In this document: in pieces, positions 41,038 through 52,270 of the stretch | Position numbering within the stretch: the first letter of the stretch is position 1 | Layout: every line of letters begins with the position of its first letter | NCBI GenBank assembly: GCA_951804945.1 | Contig: OX638150.1 | Location: 11,284,001-11,348,000, forward strand | DNA from: Podarcis cretensis | Taxonomy: Eukaryota | Length of the DNA: 64,000 nucleotides | Reading direction: 5' to 3' | Notes under the pieces: model-generated | The model's input: only the letters and a program-made list of their open reading frames with translations | The model's database searches: none | Told to the model about the DNA's origin: nothing | Translations under genes and position numbers: made by a program

Positions 41038-42540
41038 ATATCAATATACATGTAAGGATCGTTAGGTCAGTTCCACTAGTTAGGAAGCTAGAAGCGAATA
41101 AAAGGAACTCTTACGCCAACATATTTGGCCGACCCTTCCAGTCCAGACACACTTGAATATATATGCTACAAAGCCAAGTTCATTGGAGTTTGCCAATGGC
41201 TTATTCCGCTTTCCAAATGAAAGGGGACCTAGTAATTCACCCAAGAAGCCAATTTTCGGTGTGTTTCAGGTTCCTTTCAAAAAGAATAGCTGCACTGGAT
41301 TGTGTTCAAAAGAAAGTGGGCCATTGACCAACATAATACACAAACGTTTTAAAAGCACCCAACGTTTTAAATAATAAAATTCTACAACACGCAGAGAGTG
41401 AATAGACTTGCATAGATTTTTAAAAAATGCTTTATTGTCTGGATGAGGTTCTCGGGATGTGGATCATCAAATCCCATCTAAGGAATTTTTGTTTCACTTG
41501 AGAGTTCAGTTTTATTAGCAAATATCTCCGTATGCACGATATAACCTGTATTGTAACGGGATAGCTTCTTATTAGATTGTGTGAAGGAAGACATAGCAGC
41601 CACTGCGAGTGAGATTTTGCCAAAAGGGGTTTAACTTATATGAAACATTCTGCATTTGGTTGTGTGTATGAGCTGGATTTTTTTTAGCTTTTTAGTCTAC
41701 CTTGATACCTACATTTCTTTCATTTCAGCCAGCAGGCTGCCTTGTTCCCATCAGACACACCGTGATCAAAGTGAAGTCTCAACGTTTTTACAGGGGAGGG
41801 GCGGAAAGAAACTTCAATAGCTTACCCTCCCACTCCCCGATGTAAGTCAGTAGGGCTGGAATCAACCCCAGTATCCACATTTATCAGAATAAAATGAAAC
41901 AGAATGCCTGGGATAGTTGTGTGGTGACATTCGGCAAACATAGAAACCAGCTATAAGGAATGCTCATTACTTCAGAGCGCCTTTTGGCAATGCCATGAAA
42001 TATCAGCCTCTTTGTTTGCATGGGGACGTGTGCGCCTGCGCAAGGCAGTCTCTCTCTCTCCCTCTCTCTCTCTCTCTCTCGTGAAATCTATGTGTCCCTC
42101 AATATATGCATATGAGAACAGTTGAAAGTAACTTGATAGTGCATCTACAGACATCAATTGTTGGAAATTCGCATGAAATGCAACTACAAACGCATGACTC
42201 TATATGTGCTTTTTGTTTTGTTTTGTTTTGAAATGTCGTGAATTATTATGTCTCATGGTTTCTAGAAATTAGCGGTAGATGAGTTACTTTCAGTGGGGTA
42301 CAAGATCTAAATGATCCAGTCAAGATCCAGATCCTGTCCTTTAACAATAAAGTTGCGGGGGGGGAGTGTGCAGCAATGCATTTAACTTTCAATCGTGTGC
42401 ATTCCCTTGGAAATCCTTCTTGAAATCTCAAATTATATTTCTAAAATGAGGTACTTAGTTAAAAAAAATCACTCGGAACAAAACCCAAATGCTGTTTTTC
42501 TCTGTATGCCATTCCGCTTATGAAGTCGAATAGTTCTTGT

Positions 42541-42653
42541 GGTCACGATCCGGCCACAGTTAAATCCCACCAATGTCACTGAGGGACATACTTTATATAC
42601 ACACACTACCCTGAAATTAATTTAAAAGTGACCGTCTTTGGCTGGATCGTGCC
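42541..42653. mobile_element. MITE relic (family B) with terminal inverted repeats
   Basis: Left end GGTCACGATCCGGCCA versus the right end reverse complement GGCACGATCCAGCCA. Related termini occur at 46.5 and 50.0 kb. Confidence 0.6.
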
Positions 42654-42725
42654 TTTGACTATTTACTTGTGTTACAGCTGTCCCCCTCCCCATTTATAAA
42701 CCCTCTTTTTATTAAATACCAGACG

Positions 42726-42775
<50 letters not shown>

Positions 42776-42810
42776 CTCTCTCTCTCTCTCACTCTCTCTC
42801 TCTCTCTCTC
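42726..42810. repeat. (CTTT)n(CT)n polypyrimidine microsatellite
   Basis: Read directly from the sequence. Confidence 0.95.
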
Positions 42811-44206
42811 GTCTCTCCCCCGCCCTCTCTCTTTATAGATATATACACACAGAGTGACTTACTAAACTGAAATTTAAAATATCTGTTTTCTTAGTAACTT
42901 TATATTGCTTTAGTTATTGACTTCATCCTACTAGGATTCAGAACCAGCTTGTCTGAAGTGCTGTTTGATGCTTCTATTCTCTCCCTCACGCGCACATTCC
43001 ATCATTCTGCTTTCTTTATCAGACATACTCCCTTTGGGACTTCTTCAAATCTGCTATTCTGTGTCTGCATATAAATGGATATTTTTTTACAGTAAGGAGT
43101 TTAGGAACTCACATGGTCGCATTGTCCATTTCAGTAAGCTGTAGGGAGAGCAAATCCAAAATTGTGCGTCCTCTGCACGCTGGAAAAGGATGCAGATTTG
43201 TTTGGCTTTGTTCTTAAAATACCTTTAAATGCTAGCAGCGAGATACTAAATATTTTAAGCTCGGAGTTCCCGTTGACTTCAAGGATGTGCACATAAGGAT
43301 GTCTCCTCATAGTGACTCGTATAGTAGGTAACGTGGCAAGTAGGCTGCTGTTTACAACAAAAATAAAGCAACGCTAATTGATAATGTGGGACTGAAAGGA
43401 AAGGACAAGTATATTCCGTGTTGATTTTTTTTTTTTTAATACAAACAGAGGCCGTCTTTTTTGAGGTGGAGTCTTGTTTACCAATTTCCTCTGCCATGCA
43501 GGGCAAACGAATGAAAAAAAAGCTCTCCCGTGCCTTCTGCGCCACGCAGAAATCCCAAAACAAATAAACAAACAGGACTGGAAGTTCAAAACGGGGAAGA
43601 ACTGCTGATAGCGCTGCAAATGCACATCTGGCATTAGTCTGGGAAGAGCCACACAAGCGCGCGCGCGCACGCTGTATAGATTAGGCGGCTTTGGAAACTG
43701 TCACTGGGAAATCTGTTCATTTTCTCTAATGGACTAGGAGAAGGATTGTTGTTATATTCCTCGCCCATCCCACAACAACATCCTTGCTAAACAGCACGCA
43801 CGAACGCCGGGTGTCAAGACAATATAAATGATTGGGTTTGTGTTTTTTTGTTCATATGCGTTGCGGCACTGCCGCCTCAGCTAAGTAACAACTGTATGCG
43901 CTACCGCTATGGAGGAGGGCCATAGACCCAGGCGAAATTTATAGCGGCCCCGGCGTTGCGGTTATGATTTTGCTATGATATTACTTGGGAACAAAGTCCC
44001 ATTGATTCCCTTGGAAATCTACTCTCTTGCAAAGGCGTGGGGTTTTTTTGTTTGGTTTGTTGCTTTCCCTCCCTTACTCTCACCGTCCCCACCGCACTCC
44101 CACGTCGCTGCCAATACGAGAAGAAAATGGGAAGGGGGGGGTGAAGCTACTTGGATAGCCTAAAATTATGGGTTGACCTCGATGGAGATTTAATTCTCAT
44201 GCTCCC

Positions 44207-44225
44207 CTCCACCATCTTGCGGTGG
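44207..44225 (-). promoter_or_regulatory. Candidate CTCF site CCACCGCAAGATGGTGGAG between HOXC11 and HOXC12
   Basis: Matches the CTCF core consensus (CC-A/G-C-N-A-G-A-T-G-G) by eye; not scored with a PWM. Confidence 0.5.
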
Positions 44226-44963
44226 TAAGGAAGCGAACCTGCTCTTCTCCGTCTCAGCCAAAACAAGGACTCCAGCCATTTTTCATATCTTTCCTTCGAG
44301 AAGAAGACTTATCTTTCACCATAATGAGAACGGCTTTGCCACTGAGAGGGAGGGGCGCTTTCTTTTGGGGGTGGGGGGTGGGAAATAAATAAATAAATAA
44401 AGCCTCTTTATTCACCCACTAACCACCCACTTTCGCCTCTCTCTCTCTCTCTCTATTTCCTCCCTTTCCCTTCCCTTCCCCTCTCCTCCATCACCCTCCA
44501 GCCCTTATCCCAGTCGCGATATCACCTTATCGGTTCAATCTATGTAAAGACCACCCACCCACTCCCCTCTTTAACCTCCGAATCCCTGGCAGATCTCCTG
44601 TGCGCAATTAAGCCCGTTCTGGGACCTCCGACGGACAACCTGTGATATGAAAATGTCTATAATCCAGCCCTCCACAGTAGACAGGCTACTCAAGACTTTG
44701 CAGGATCTCCCCTCATTTCCGCTCTTATTAATTTCAGGCGCTCTGATCTATCCAGCCCATCCCTCCCACCTCCTCCTTTATTTAAAGATTATACGATTAA
44801 GACAAGAAAATCTAAACCCTCCTTTCCCTTCTCCCCTCCCCCCACCCATTCTCCCCCTCTCCTTACCGAGCGAACTTCATTGTTTTCTGGAGGAAACCGT
44901 AATGTTGAGACATTAAACCCTAATTGGGCTTTTCTTTATGACGTTTAATTTCCTCCATCGCAG

Positions 44964-45329
44964 ACGTGTTTGCATCTTGCTGAAAGAGGAGTTGTTTGAA
45001 GTCTGCAATCCCGGAGGGGGGGGGGGAGAGGGAGGGGAAAAAAAAAACTTTCCAAGCAGCAGTCGTCATGCGGACTTCTGGTCTCATTCCCACATAGTCT
45101 CACCCTCCATGCACCCCCCACAGCCTTCCTCTTGATCGTTGCATTCAGATAGCCCCCCCTCCCTCAAAATAAGAATGGTGATGTAAAAGAGAGGGGAAAA
45201 TGGGCCCGGGGGGGGTGTTTAAAAAGAGAGACAGAGACCCATATGTTTACTCGGGTAAGAAATGCGATGGCCATTTAGCTCTGTTGTGACAAATCCATGA
45301 AAATGGAGGACCGCCGTATACCATATAAG
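44964..45329 (+). ncRNA. HOTAIR: Putative HOTAIR-orthologous segment (exon 3-like and exon 4-like blocks), antisense to HOXC
   Basis: Syntenic position and strand. GAAGTCTGCAAT...G-tract and ATGTTTAC...AGAAATGCGATGGCC...GAAAATGGAGGACCGCCG..CCATATAAG|GT resemble human HOTAIR exon 3 and exon 4 sequence as recalled. Possible acceptor at 44963 and donor at 45330. Transcription is not shown. Confidence 0.6.
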
Positions 45330-46512
45330 GTACGTAGGATGCTAACTTGACCTTCACTTTGTAATGGCGGCCCCCGCCCACCCAGACAGACTGTTGTAAA
45401 CAAAAGTCATCCGACCAAAAAAAAAAAAAAAAAAAAAAAAAGATTAGCACCGGGCAGACAAGGTCTCGCAGAATTGCTAACACATTTGCTGGTTTTTAAG
45501 CTGCGGCAAACGAGGTACAATATTCTCTGAACTACAGTAGGGGACGGAGTGGGGGTGGGGGATGGAGGAGGAGGAGGAAGAAGAAGAAGGGGGGCGGGCC
45601 TCATCATTGAAGATCAACAAAGGTCTCCCCAGATCTTTAGTTTGCTGTATTAAAGGGTTGTTAAGAGGGAGTCTTCCAATGCCGGGCTTCGTTTAGATTA
45701 CAGCGTCCGGAGCTGTTATTGAATGTGGCCTTGAGGTAGAGGGTGGCTGGGTGGCTGGGTGGGGGTGGCCGGCGCTTCTCTTAATGAATTTATCTGTCCA
45801 GATTCTTAAAAAAAAACAGCAATTCTTCATTACGATGACGACGAGGACGGACGATTTACGAATTCACTCTAATTTTAATGCAGGAGATCATTCAAAAAAT
45901 CGCCTCTGCTTTTATTTAAATCTATAGAATGTTTTGTTTACGTCAATCTGAAATGGAAAGTGTTAAAAGAAAGCGCGAGTAGCCTTCCTTCTTTCCTTTT
46001 TAAGGAAGGCAACGAGAGTCTCCCGACTCGCCATTTCCGCAGCAGCCAAATCACAACAGTGGCAAAAAGTTTGTCAGAGTGCAGAAAATAGGTTTCGTTT
46101 TCCTTTTCGAAATGCTGTGTTTGGGCCCAGGAAAAGGCTCGGTCCGTGATTGTCAGTGCGGGGAGTTCAGCCTTGTATGGTGGTGGCGGCTGTTTGCGGG
46201 GAGGGGGGGGGGAGGGAGGAGGAATCGAGACTGTACCTGATCAAACAATATAATTTATTTAACATACCTTTTTGCTTGTCAGTTACCTAGACATAATGGA
46301 GCGCTATCGATAGACGGGTCATGGATCCCGATCCACTGCACGTATTAGGCGATCGTCTCCATTTAAGTCATTTTATTCCCCTTTAAACCAACCTAGTAAT
46401 AATGGCCACCAAGTTATTGCATCTTTCACAAACTCAGAACTTTTAAAATCAGCGCCGCATACTTCACTGATGCAAGGCCGCCAGTCGTTTATATAGATGA
46501 GTAACTAGGAAA

Positions 46513-46615
46513 GGCACGACCAAAGACCAATTAATTTCAATGAGGAAGAATTAAGCACGTGCTTAATCGACAACAAGGGGACTTTCAAGCGCTCCACTTT
46601 GACTGGATCCTGCCC
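46513..46615. mobile_element. MITE relic (family B) with an 18-bp internal palindrome
   Basis: GGCACGACCAAAG ... CTTTGACTGGATCCTGCCC termini; central ATTAAGCACGTGCTTAAT at 46550-46567. Confidence 0.55.
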
Positions 46616-48280
46616 TTTCAGGAATACAGAGGAGGCAGTAAACTATAGGTTAGGCTGTTATTGTATCACTACATTCTGACGCAGATAACTGGCATAGCAA
46701 GCAGAGCATGTTTGCTTGTTTGTATCTTTATTTGTGTGTGTGTGCGCGCGCGCGCGGAGAAACACAACATTCGAATCATAAGCATGAAAAAGGGTGAACG
46801 TGTTCAAGTCTCTGTCGGCAAACACAACCACCTATTGCCCGGTCTTGGCAGGCTAATCGTCGCCTTCATTTCAAAGCTGCCCTCTCCCTTTGATTTTAGC
46901 AGCAGCTACTGGGAGGTGTGTTTTGTGGGTGTTTAAAGCCCTTCGTTTGGTGGCCCTACGTGTACCTCTGAGACGGAGTACATGCGTTCTCCTTTGTCAT
47001 TTACATCCAGAGCTCTGGATTTGTTCCTTTGAATATTTATTCCTTTATTCCTATGGCTGCTTTGTATGGCCCCTCACTGGCCCAAAATTTGCACTACCAC
47101 GCAAATGCATGCAGAATATGTGCAAATATTTTGCCCCCACTCAGTCAGGAATTCTCGAGGGACACAAGGGATGCCGGCAGCAGGACTTTGCTGATTGTGC
47201 AACCTTTAAAGGACAATTCGGTGGAACTCCCTCTTCAACTGCAGTAAATGGCAGAGCTCTCGCAGATTTTGATGGTGAGTCTTGGAAGGCGCTATCTGTT
47301 CGTTATTAGGACTCCCTCCTACCCCACCCTATTTCATATAATAATACTAATGATTCTTTCTTTCTCAAAACCTCACACAGCCTCATAATAGATTAATAGT
47401 TCTTCATCACAATGAGATGAATTTTCACATGCCCTTTAATTATCATCTCATCTCCAGCGAACACTGGTTTTGGAGAAGGTAAAGGGGGGTATTGGATACA
47501 ACTACAAAGATGGTTCCCCCCCCCCTTGGGAAGATTAATGTTGGCTGTGATTCTTAAAAGATCTTCAGATATAGCCCAGGCTGCTTGCATAACAACAATC
47601 AACTACCACAAGGCCTTCATCACATCACTTTATTAAAGGGGGAAAGTATTTTTAGCCTGTCTGTTTCAGACCCAGCCAACCATAAACAAAGATTCTTAAA
47701 TGCAAATGCGGTCTTATTTGGGTTCCAGAAAGGCAAATGAGATTTCTAACTTTTGGGCATGCCATAAAAGGAGAGTTTTTAAAGCCACCTTCACTCTTAA
47801 TTATGGGAAAGCCCTAGCGTTTCCAAATATAGGAAAACGACTCAGTCCAAGTTAAGCGTCAACTTGCTTCTGAGTAAAACTGGATAGGATCCGGCTGCAA
47901 AATTTATCGCTTTCAAGTGGGAGAGATTTAAACACCTGCTTTGAGGCTGCAGTCATAGGCAGACACATTTACTTGGGAATAAGTAAATAGGGGTAGTATG
48001 AGGGAGCACATCTCTCTGAACTCTATAGAACTCCATAGCCCTTAACTCAAGCTAGAATGTGTGCACATTTCCTTTCAAATTAAGGTTATTGGGAGATACA
48101 CGTAGACATAACCTCATGTTGTTGTTAGTTTGTTGGTTGGTAAGTGAGTGGTTTTCTTTAATTGATTCATCAACTCTGCTGGTTAACATAATCTCGCAGA
48201 AACAAAGCCTGGCTGTAAGAAATTCTAAGCAAACTCTTATGGCTCCTGCAAGGAATACAAATGTATCCATCTTTGTATCT

Positions 48281-48470
48281 TTCCTATCCTTTTCATCTTT
48301 ATTATCACTCTTGTTAACAACACCAGCGAGGCTTGATACATATATCTCGTTTAAATGCAGTCAGCCATGAAGCCACTGCAGTTGGTTGCTACAGACATAT
48401 TAATTAATTTATTCTCTCAACAGTAAAATATTGCTGTGTCTCCTTGCTACCAACCAAGTCATATAAAAAT
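48281..48470 (+). ncRNA. HOTAIR: Putative HOTAIR terminal-exon (exon 6-like) conserved block
   Basis: TTCATCTTTATTAT..CTTGTTAACAACACCAGCGAG..TATCTC..TCAGCC..TAATTAATTTATTC..AGTAAAATATTGCTGTGTCT is collinear with the recalled human HOTAIR last-exon sequence CATCTTTATGATG..CTTGTTAACAAGACCAGAGAG..TAATTAATTGATTC..TGTAAAATATGGCGGCGTCT. Confidence 0.6.
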
Positions 48471-48859
48471 CAGGGTTTATTTTTTTACCCCCTCTGCAGT
48501 TCATTAGGCTTTACCTATAAGTTTCCATTTGAAATGATTTGCTTTAAAACTAATTACTCGTATTCTATTTCATTTCCCAATCCCGGAGTGTAAGATGGAT
48601 TCAAAGGTGGCGTGGGTGGCATATGTTGGTAAACATTGCTAATTATTCCCACTCTGTCTTGATTGTGTATTTATGAACCCACCCATATAAAAGGGGGAGA
48701 AAATACTCAGTAAAAGGTGCGCTGGCATATTGATGATAATGGCACATGTTACTTAAAAGAGTGCAGTGTCGCTAGGGACAGTGTAAGATGATAATGTATC
48801 AGCCGAGATTTTGTTTAGCAGATTTCCACTTTGAGAATAAAATATTGGACTCACTTGCA

Positions 48860-49054
48860 GCACATTCCAATACACACCGACTCAGAAGTGAGCCTCTTTG
48901 AGATTAGGCAACGTGGTGCCCTCCAGGTGTGGTGGACTGCCAAAGCCTATCAGTCCAAGGCAGCATGTCCAATGGTCAGGGATGATGGGAGTTGGAGTCC
49001 AACATCTGCAGAACACCACAGTAGACTATTCATGGTGTATATAGGACTGCAGTC
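48860..49054. mobile_element. Family A MITE apparently split by a palindromic hAT-like MITE (about 48905-49022)
   Basis: The family A left half (ACTCAGAAGTGAGCC) and right end (ATAGGACTGCAGTC) flank an element with imperfect inverted arms at 48913-48938 and 48996-49019 and a GGGATGATGGGAGTTG core. Confidence 0.55.
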
Positions 49055-49226
49055 TCAGGGTAAGGAAGAAGAGAATGAGGACCAGAATTGCACACTGGGA
49101 TGACAGCAGAAGGCCCAAGCATAGGCTAGCCCTGCCCAATGTCTACAGTGCTCCAGGTGTATTCAGAAAAGACTGTTTTGGGGCCATGGCTTCTAGGGAA
49201 TTTCAGGGACCTCTGTTTGCCTAATC

Positions 49227-49478
49227 CAGGGGTAGGCAACCTAAGGCCCAGGGGCCAGATGCGGCCCAATCGCCTTCTCAATCTGGCTTGTGGACGGTCC
49301 AGGAATCCGTGTGTTTTTACATGAGTAGAATGTGTCCTTTTATTTAAAATGCATCTATGGGTTATTTGTGGGGCATAGGAATTCATTTATTTTCCCCCTC
49401 CAAAATATAGTCTGGCCCCCCACATGGTCTGAGGGACGGTGAACAGGCCCATGGCTGAAAAAGGTTGCTGACCTCCTG
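49227..49478. mobile_element. Non-autonomous hAT (Charlie-like) DNA transposon / MITE, 252 bp
   Basis: TIRs CAGGGGTAGGCAACCT ... AGGTTGCTGACCTCCTG. Flanks GCCTAATC and GCCCTAATC approximate an 8-bp TSD with central TA. Subterminal GGCCC repeats are typical of hAT elements. Confidence 0.85.
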
Positions 49479-49794
49479 GCCCTAATCTTTGAGTAAATGC
49501 TGGCACATAGCTTCAATTGCAATCTCACTTCCAAACAAGTGGGCAGGGCAGACCACTTGCCAGGGGAGCTAGTTGATGGTTACACCTCCTGGGCTGATAC
49601 ACTTCCTTAATCCCAATGGCAAGGATTTGATCCTCTGTGTTTGCATTTGCTGAAGAGAAGGTATGCCCACATCAGCGCTGTTAAGGTATTTATTTACCCC
49701 TCCAGGGATATCTCTTCTGGTGTGGCTGAGGACTAGTATTGAAATAAAATCAGAAATGAGGGGAAAGTAGATGTTGCTTTCATTAAGCAGCATC

Positions 49795-50025
49795 TAAGAG
49801 TCCTCTCTGATGTGGTTTTAAGCTCTTCTGATGTGTTAGCCCTCTCAAATGGAAAACAATGGGTCTTAAAGTGTGTTTAACTCTGACTGGATAGGATCTA
49901 TCATTATCATGATGAAGAATCCAAGAAAAGGTAACCACTTTAAAGTCCTGTTGATTACAGTAGGGTAATCAGAGTTAAACACCTGATTAACTCAAAGAGC
50001 TTTTAATTTTGAGTAGATCGTGCCC
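49795..50025. mobile_element. One or two adjacent family B MITE relics
   Basis: Ends in GATCGTGCCC like 42645-42653. Perfect 14-bp inverted repeat at 49873-49886 and 49969-49982. Confidence 0.5.
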
Positions 50026-52191
50026 GTTTGTATAACTAACTCTACTACTCCCACATTGCACCTATATGATAGCGTACCTAGGGTGCCATTAATATAGGGT
50101 GCTATATTAATATTTACATAATGTTATGTAAGTATTCATTTTTAAGCTTCCCGTTTAAAAAGGTTGGAGAGATTAATAATGAGGTCTATAATATTTCCTC
50201 CGGAACACGCCTGGCCCCAATCTTCTGATCGCCCTTTGCTATTAGGTGTCCCGAAAGAAGATGCATTCGTAACAAAGCCTATCGTTTTTCGAAAATAGAC
50301 ACAGTTTGTACGTGGCAAATGGCGCCTAGTGTCATACACGAGCGAATGACCCTATATAATGGAATTTCATTTTTTTAATGCCCTTCACGACGAGATTTGT
50401 TATGTTATCTTTTTTGCTTTCTCTTCAGTCTGCGGGGTCTTTCCAAAATACCAGAAGAGCATGGGAATGTTTGCAAAACATTTTTGGCTGCAGCCGTTGA
50501 CGGGATGAAAGCCAAGGCAAGGGAAGAGACAGACAGATAGCTTTGCCGCAGATTCTCCGTGAAGTCCAAGACCAAGGCTTGCTGACCCCCAAGCGAGGGA
50601 CCATTTGTCAAGAGGGAAGACATCCCGTGCGCCCGGGAAACCGCGAGAAACAGTATTTCAATTGTCTTATATATGCTTCAAAATAGCACCGATTATGAAT
50701 TCTCAGTAAGTAGATATGTGGCAGTCACTGCAGAGGCTAAGCTTACCGAAATATAAGATAGATACAGGGATTAGAGAGAGAGACAGACAGATGGATAAGA
50801 CGGACAGACAGAAAGCGGAGGCAGGCCAACCAGTATTCCACATTTGCACATTAGCACGAGACAATGGCGTTTTAATAATTTAAAATAAAATAAAAAAATT
50901 AATCACTGGCTTGCACTTTTTTTAAAAAAATAATCCACGCTAACATTTCCCTACTTTGGTAACTTGAAGGAAATGTGTCAAATACTTGTTAGCATTGTTA
51001 TCCGGATCATAAAAGCTGCCTTCTTACTTGGGAACAAGTTCCATTGGAATAACTATGCATAATGCGACATGCTGCTGCTGTTGGTGGTGGTTTAGTAAGA
51101 AGGAAAAGGACATCCTGTTAAACCGATCCTGAATTTTGGGTGGTAGTTGTGGTGGTGATGCGTGTGGAGCTTACCTGCTACTGGCGAGCAAGCAAAACAC
51201 ATCGCTGGGGTTTTCTTGGGACTAGCATGCATCGCTTCAGATCTATAATATATAATTACTCTTTGCACCATCTTTCTGTGCTGAACAATGACTATTATGT
51301 GCATATGTTCAGCCCCAGAGGGTAAATTATCTATTTCCCCCCGATAACACATAAAACATTTGCTCACAACCCTTTCGGTATAGAGAACACCTATAGTAAA
51401 ATAATACTAATAATGATAAAGATAAAGCATTACTTGTTTTTGGATCAAGCCTATGCGCTTTTGCATATTTCCCATAATTTTGGAATAATTTGCACTGTTG
51501 AAATACAACTTAACTGGGTGTGTGCCTGTTGTTGGGGTTTCCCCCCCTTATTCTCTTGAAGGCAGAATTATTCCTTGCAATTCGGGAGATGGGGTTATAC
51601 TTTCCGCTTCTTAATGAATTCATTTTAAAGCCATAGCTATGAAATACACCCCTATATAAAAAAAGCAGCAGCAGAAGCAGCAAGCAAGCTGAGGAACAAT
51701 ACGCACTTTTACTGCGAGCAACAATTTGTCCTAGCCACTCACTGGTAATAAATAAGTTTTATCTATTTGGGTGAGTGTTTAAGCGTCTTTGGAACCAAGC
51801 ATTCCCTCTTCAAGGTGAACCGATCCACAATTTTCTACACAATTTATGCCTCTATATACAATCCAGGCTTGTTGGAGATGATCCAGAACCCTAGTCACTT
51901 CTGCGGAGCCCTTAACAGTCCTCATATGACAACCAACGTTCCGTGCACACCTCCAGTAAAAGAGGCAGAAATGATATTTGTGTGGGTACTTCTTTCGAAG
52001 AAATGAGAGTGAAAAAAGAAAAAAGAAACCTTGTGAGTGAAATCTATATCCTTTTGAAGCCAAGGGCAAGTCTCCAATTGATTTTAATGGTGGTGAATGA
52101 CAGCTCTTGAAAGCACGGTGGGGAGTGATTCAGTGAGATGGGCACCCCTAAACAGATGCACTTGAAAGAAAGTCCTACAGAGATACACCAA

Positions 52192-52270
52192 GGTCCTCTG
52201 CGTCCTTACACAGACGTAAGCCCCACTTAGTTGAATGCAGGTTACTCCCTAGTAAAGGGTGCATAGAGAC
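52192..52270. mobile_element. Degenerate family A MITE relic
   Basis: CAGACGTAAGCCCCAC ... TTACTCCCTAGTAA ... GCATAG motifs shared with other copies. Confidence 0.45.

Noticed and set aside
48625-48685. Weak resemblance to the recalled HOTAIR 3' end (ATTGCTA..TTGTGT..ATGAACCCA)
   Set aside because: Too short and gapped to support without an alignment. I also could not recognise equivalents of exons 1, 2 or 5.
50088-50111. Small hairpins ATTAATATAG-ggtg-CTATATTAAT and CAGCCATC-aaag-GATGGCTG (8659-8678)
   Set aside because: Stems of 8-10 bp are expected by chance in 64 kb and are too short for miRNA precursors.
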